From the human T2T-CHM13v2.0 reference genome, Homo sapiens, in the NCBI RefSeq assembly GCF_009914755.1, contig NC_060926.1: DNA of 64,000 nt. One strand, 5' to 3'. This document shows, piece by piece, positions 63,688-64,000 of this stretch (positions within the stretch are counted from its first letter, which is position 1; each line of letters begins with the position of its first letter). The notes under the pieces are model-generated. The model had not been told where the DNA came from and made no database searches. It saw only the letters and a list, made by a program, of their open reading frames with translations. The translations under genes and the position numbers were made by a program.

Positions 63688-64000
63688 CTTAGTCTGTTTG
63701 TGTTGGTATAAAGGAATACCTGAAACTAGGTCATTCATTTATAAAGAAAAAGGTTTATTTGACTCACAATTCTGCCAGCTGTACAAGAAGCATGGCACCA
63801 GCATCTGCTTCTACTGAGGGCGTCAGGCTGCTTCCACTCATGGTGGGAGGCAAGGGGAGCAGGCATCTGACATGGCAAGAAAGAGAGGGAGCTAGAGAGA
63901 GCAAAGGAGATGCCTGGCTTTTTTCAACAAGCAGTTCTCATGGGAACTAAGAGTGAGCACTCACTCTCTCCGGCAAGAATGACACCAAGCCATTCAGGAG
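63685..64000 (-). mobile_element. MaLR LTR (MSTB-like), truncated by the window end
   Basis: gtcttagtctgtttgtgttggtataaaggaatacctgaaact...tttataaagaaaaaggtttatttgactcacaattctg...gtacaagaagcatggcaccagcatctgcttct. Confidence 0.85.

Overview
This is primate (very probably human) genomic DNA: AT-rich, CpG-poor and carrying Alu, L1, L2, MIR, MER and LTR repeats. It covers the 3' part of the fidgetin gene (FIGN) on the minus strand. One very large terminal exon (about 7865-17060) holds almost the whole coding sequence: a Pro/Ser-rich N-terminal region plus a spastin/katanin/FIGNL1-type AAA domain with non-canonical catalytic motifs. The same exon holds a 3' UTR of about 6.9 kb with a proximal and a distal poly(A) signal. 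Positions 17061-64000 are a large intron whose upstream exons lie outside the window, and 1-7860 is downstream flank. The strongest non-coding signal is the 3' UTR. It has six let-7 seed sites plus one in the CDS, split 3/3 by the proximal poly(A) site, with one site directly abutting the distal AATAAA, and it also has clusters of miR-181 and miR-200b/c sites. Other leads are a candidate poison or alternative-first exon about 0.5-0.8 kb upstream of the terminal exon, a complete MER41B-like solo LTR with one intact STAT GAS motif, antisense Alus with exonisation-ready splice sites, and several motif-dense, repeat-free blocks that look like enhancers. I found no convincing new multi-gene system. 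The other ORFs in the track are best explained as chance or repeat-derived. Repeat subfamily names are recognised by eye and need RepeatMasker confirmation.
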